From Oleiphilaceae bacterium (GTDB lineage Bacteria; Pseudomonadota; Gammaproteobacteria; Pseudomonadales; Oleiphilaceae), in NCBI GenBank assembly GCA_034110885.1, contig JAWUYI010000074.1:405-64404 (forward strand): a stretch of 64,000 nt of DNA, written 5' to 3'. The translations under genes and the position numbers were made by a program. Shown piece by piece: positions 62,801-64,000 of this stretch. The notes under the pieces were generated by a model that was given only the letters and a program-made list of their open reading frames with translations, had not been told where the DNA came from and did not search any database. Position 1 is the first letter of the stretch; every line of letters begins with the position of its first letter.

Positions 62801-64000
62801 GTGTCATGGAATTTTCTCAGAACGTTAAAGAAGGCGAAACAGTCGCTGTTGACGATGCTCTGTCTCGAGCACTGCATACTTTGAAGGGTAGTGCGAATAC
62901 GGCAAATATTAAACCGATTGCTAAGGTAGCTGTACCATTAGAATCGCTTGTCAAAGAAGTTCGAGCACACCACCTCGAAGTCGATGCTCGGCTTGCATCA
63001 TTAATGATGGAGTCAATGGACTTGGTTGGGCTTGCTGTTGAACAACTTTCCTCAACGCCGCAATTAGAGATTGAGGGTACGCAAGTATTTTTGAATAAAT
63101 TGGGCGAGTATCAGCAGCAAATTGTTGAAGCTCTTCCAAATGAAGATGAGCTCAATATAGATGGACCCCAAGACCCCCAACTAGTAAGTATCTTTTTGAC
63201 AGAAGGCCTTGATATTCTGTTGGATGCTGAGCGTCTGATAGATCAATGGCAGGCTGGAAGTATTTCCGATGAAGATTTTGGGAAGTTAAGCCAAGAGGTT
63301 ACGACGCTTCGTCGGGGCGCAAATGTAGCGGGTCTAAGTGCGATTTCTGCGTTGTGTACCGCGTTAGAAGCATGCTATCAAAGTATTGAAAAAGACGAGA
63401 ATTCTCCGAGCCAGGACTTTATTTCGGCGATTAAGGCTGGGCATGACGCGATCATCGACATGATGGATCAAACTGCTGCTGGGCTTACTTCTGTGTTAAA
63501 TGAAGAGCTTTTAGGGCAGCTTGATACTATGCGTATTGAGCATGGGGCTTCTGTTGATGCGCATTCTGAGCAGGTTGAACTTGCTGAGACAGAGCCAGAG
63601 ACAGAGTTAACGGATACGTTAGAAGAACTAGAGTCGAGTTTAGAGCAGGCTATACCATCATTAGATGTTTCTGAGGCAGGACCTGCCGATGCGCCTGCAG
63701 AGAATTTAGAGGAAGAGGTCGGCAGCGCGCTTGCGGATTTAGACCCTGAGCTTGTCGAGATATTCCTCGAAGAAGCTCAAGACCTAATTGAGCACTCGGC
63801 AGAATTGTTGCATCAATGGGAATTGCAAAGCGATGATTTTGCAACAGTGGGAGAGTTACAGCGAGACTTGCATACGCTGAAAGGCGGTGCGCGTATGGCA
63901 GAAGTTTCAGCCATTGGTGATTTAGCGCATGAGCTAGAAACTTTATTCGAAAAGACAGTGGAAGCGCAAAGTATTGCGTCGCCTGCTGTTATTTCATTGT
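59887..64000 (+). CDS. chpA: multi-Hpt hybrid histidine kinase ChpA (PilL), N-terminal about 1371 codons; continues beyond the window
   Basis: Not in the ORF track because it has no stop in the window. ATG 59887 gives MAGNHDYLALDWVRGEIEQTL. I checked the frame at several points, and in-frame HTLKG phosphotransfer motifs have their His codons at 61795, 62356, 62875 and 63871. Follows pilK as in P. aeruginosa. Confidence 0.9.
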   Translation, partial: MAGNHDYLALDWVRGEIEQTLLLAQNSLELFASNRDDTTHASFCLNHLHQVHGTLQMVELYGAALLAEEMEKLCQAFINQEVDNFDESVDALMGSILQLGNYLEHVRSGQKDLPGALLPVLNDLRASRGQSFLSDTSLFTPNLNASAVEPNTSLNARMADPKVAENLRKLRQKFQFSLASIVRNQDLEEHFEFVIKILSRLEKFCKDTPIGRLWWVAIGFVEAIKPNQDAPGSAIKHLLRELDVQLKAMIESPTDALSRPIPDDLFRNLLYYVAKSKVQNEHISALKDAFELDKALPGIEGSQEESDRMLGPDRGTINSVVEVLIEELAQVKDQLDLLERNDSAQTEDLQALLPSLNQLAGTLAVVGAGNARRGIVKQIDLIEGLSAGAIDDDVMMNIADSILIVEAQISHLKSDPSAVSDDSDEFSVPAEQFKSAHAAVIEASRVSLEEAKNSIVGFITSHWDQSHIRGVPDLLDSIRGGLQIIPLEDAASLLGACSNYVRDKLLNESVVPDWEELDRLADTISSIEYYIERIAEGARDNDRFLDVARESLQKLGYLTNSDEQSSIVSQHHVSEAAAEAPDTKAKETDEELIDDEILEIFSEEVGEVSLEIEQAITALKADETNLPMLAELRRAFHTLKGSGRLVGAESMAQLAWVIEESLNTLCEAGSSLSVSQLGVVEEIKDSLPQLLNSFSSGAEDALANELEQRFRSVSGGSEGKAEAQEDELANLQELETASDSVDVVEATDEMAQSIRQSPTASKPSIPAPELASSDDDEDLIDEEILEIFIEEAEEVNETIEEFLPKLLEDYNNQHALTELRRAFHTLKGSGRMVEALDIGEIAWAVEDVLNSVLDNTLTMRPSVGDLLSFVTRKIPALVESFKNRTNAPVSVDAIKAHAQNLIAGQDPEPLVDGAALAPKKEPELDTTTSTSVESPVESDAAASAEAELGEQITFDASLLEIFEAEALTHIASVMEFSQNVKEGETVAVDDALSRALHTLKGSANTANIKPIAKVAVPLESLVKEVRAHHLEVDARLASLMMESMDLVGLAVEQLSSTPQLEIEGTQVFLNKLGEYQQQIVEALPNEDELNIDGPQDPQLVSIFLTEGLDILLDAERLIDQWQAGSISDEDFGKLSQEVTTLRRGANVAGLSAISALCTALEACYQSIEKDENSPSQDFISAIKAGHDAIIDMMDQTAAGLTSVLNEELLGQLDTMRIEHGASVDAHSEQVELAETEPETELTDTLEELESSLEQAIPSLDVSEAGPADAPAENLEEEVGSALADLDPELVEIFLEEAQDLIEHSAELLHQWELQSDDFATVGELQRDLHTLKGGARMAEVSAIGDLAHELETLFEKTVEAQSIASPAVISL

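Overview
This window is a core chromosomal region around the replication origin of a gammaproteobacterium. Gene order closely follows Pseudomonas/Oceanospirillales-type genomes. In order it holds: (ABC1 kinase)<dnaN<dnaA; an AT-rich oriC-like spacer; rpmH-rnpA-yidD-yidC-mnmE; an LplT-like MFS gene; mnmG-rsmG-parA-parB; the complete atpIBEFHAGDC operon; and glmU-glmS. A mixed housekeeping stretch follows: greB, cysK, an OmpR-type regulator with its histidine kinase, djlA, hyi plus a tartronate-semialdehyde-reductase-like gene, rpoH, ftsX-ftsE-ftsY, rsmD, a DesA-like desaturase, a lone hydantoinase-A-family gene, mutM, cysQ, yrfG-hslR-hslO and pckA. Then comes a short, less conserved patch: an 80-aa exported protein, a DctM-superfamily permease and an unknown lipoprotein. 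The window ends with hupB, pyrC'-pyrB-pyrR-ruvX-yqgE-tonB-gshB, and the twitching-motility chemosensory cluster pilG-pilH-pilI-pilJ-pilK-chpA, with chpA running off the window. By eye I saw no rRNA, tRNA, CRISPR array, transposase, integrase, prophage or recognisable defence genes, and I do not find a convincing novel multi-gene system. The points most worth a second look are: (1) rpmH carries a 1-nt insertion that splits a perfect L34 sequence over two frames; (2) there are two separate DnaA-box clusters, one between dnaA and rpmH and one upstream of mnmG; (3) a large DctM-type permease has no binding-protein gene but sits next to an uncharacterised lipoprotein; (4) a small ORF is translationally coupled to greB and runs through a strong hairpin abutting glmS; (5) an orphan HyuA-like gene lies head-to-head with mutM with only 34 bp between the start codons; (6) a perfect 9-bp x6 tandem repeat (QEV) lies in ftsY. 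All homology statements rest on motif recognition by eye from the supplied translations, not on database searches.
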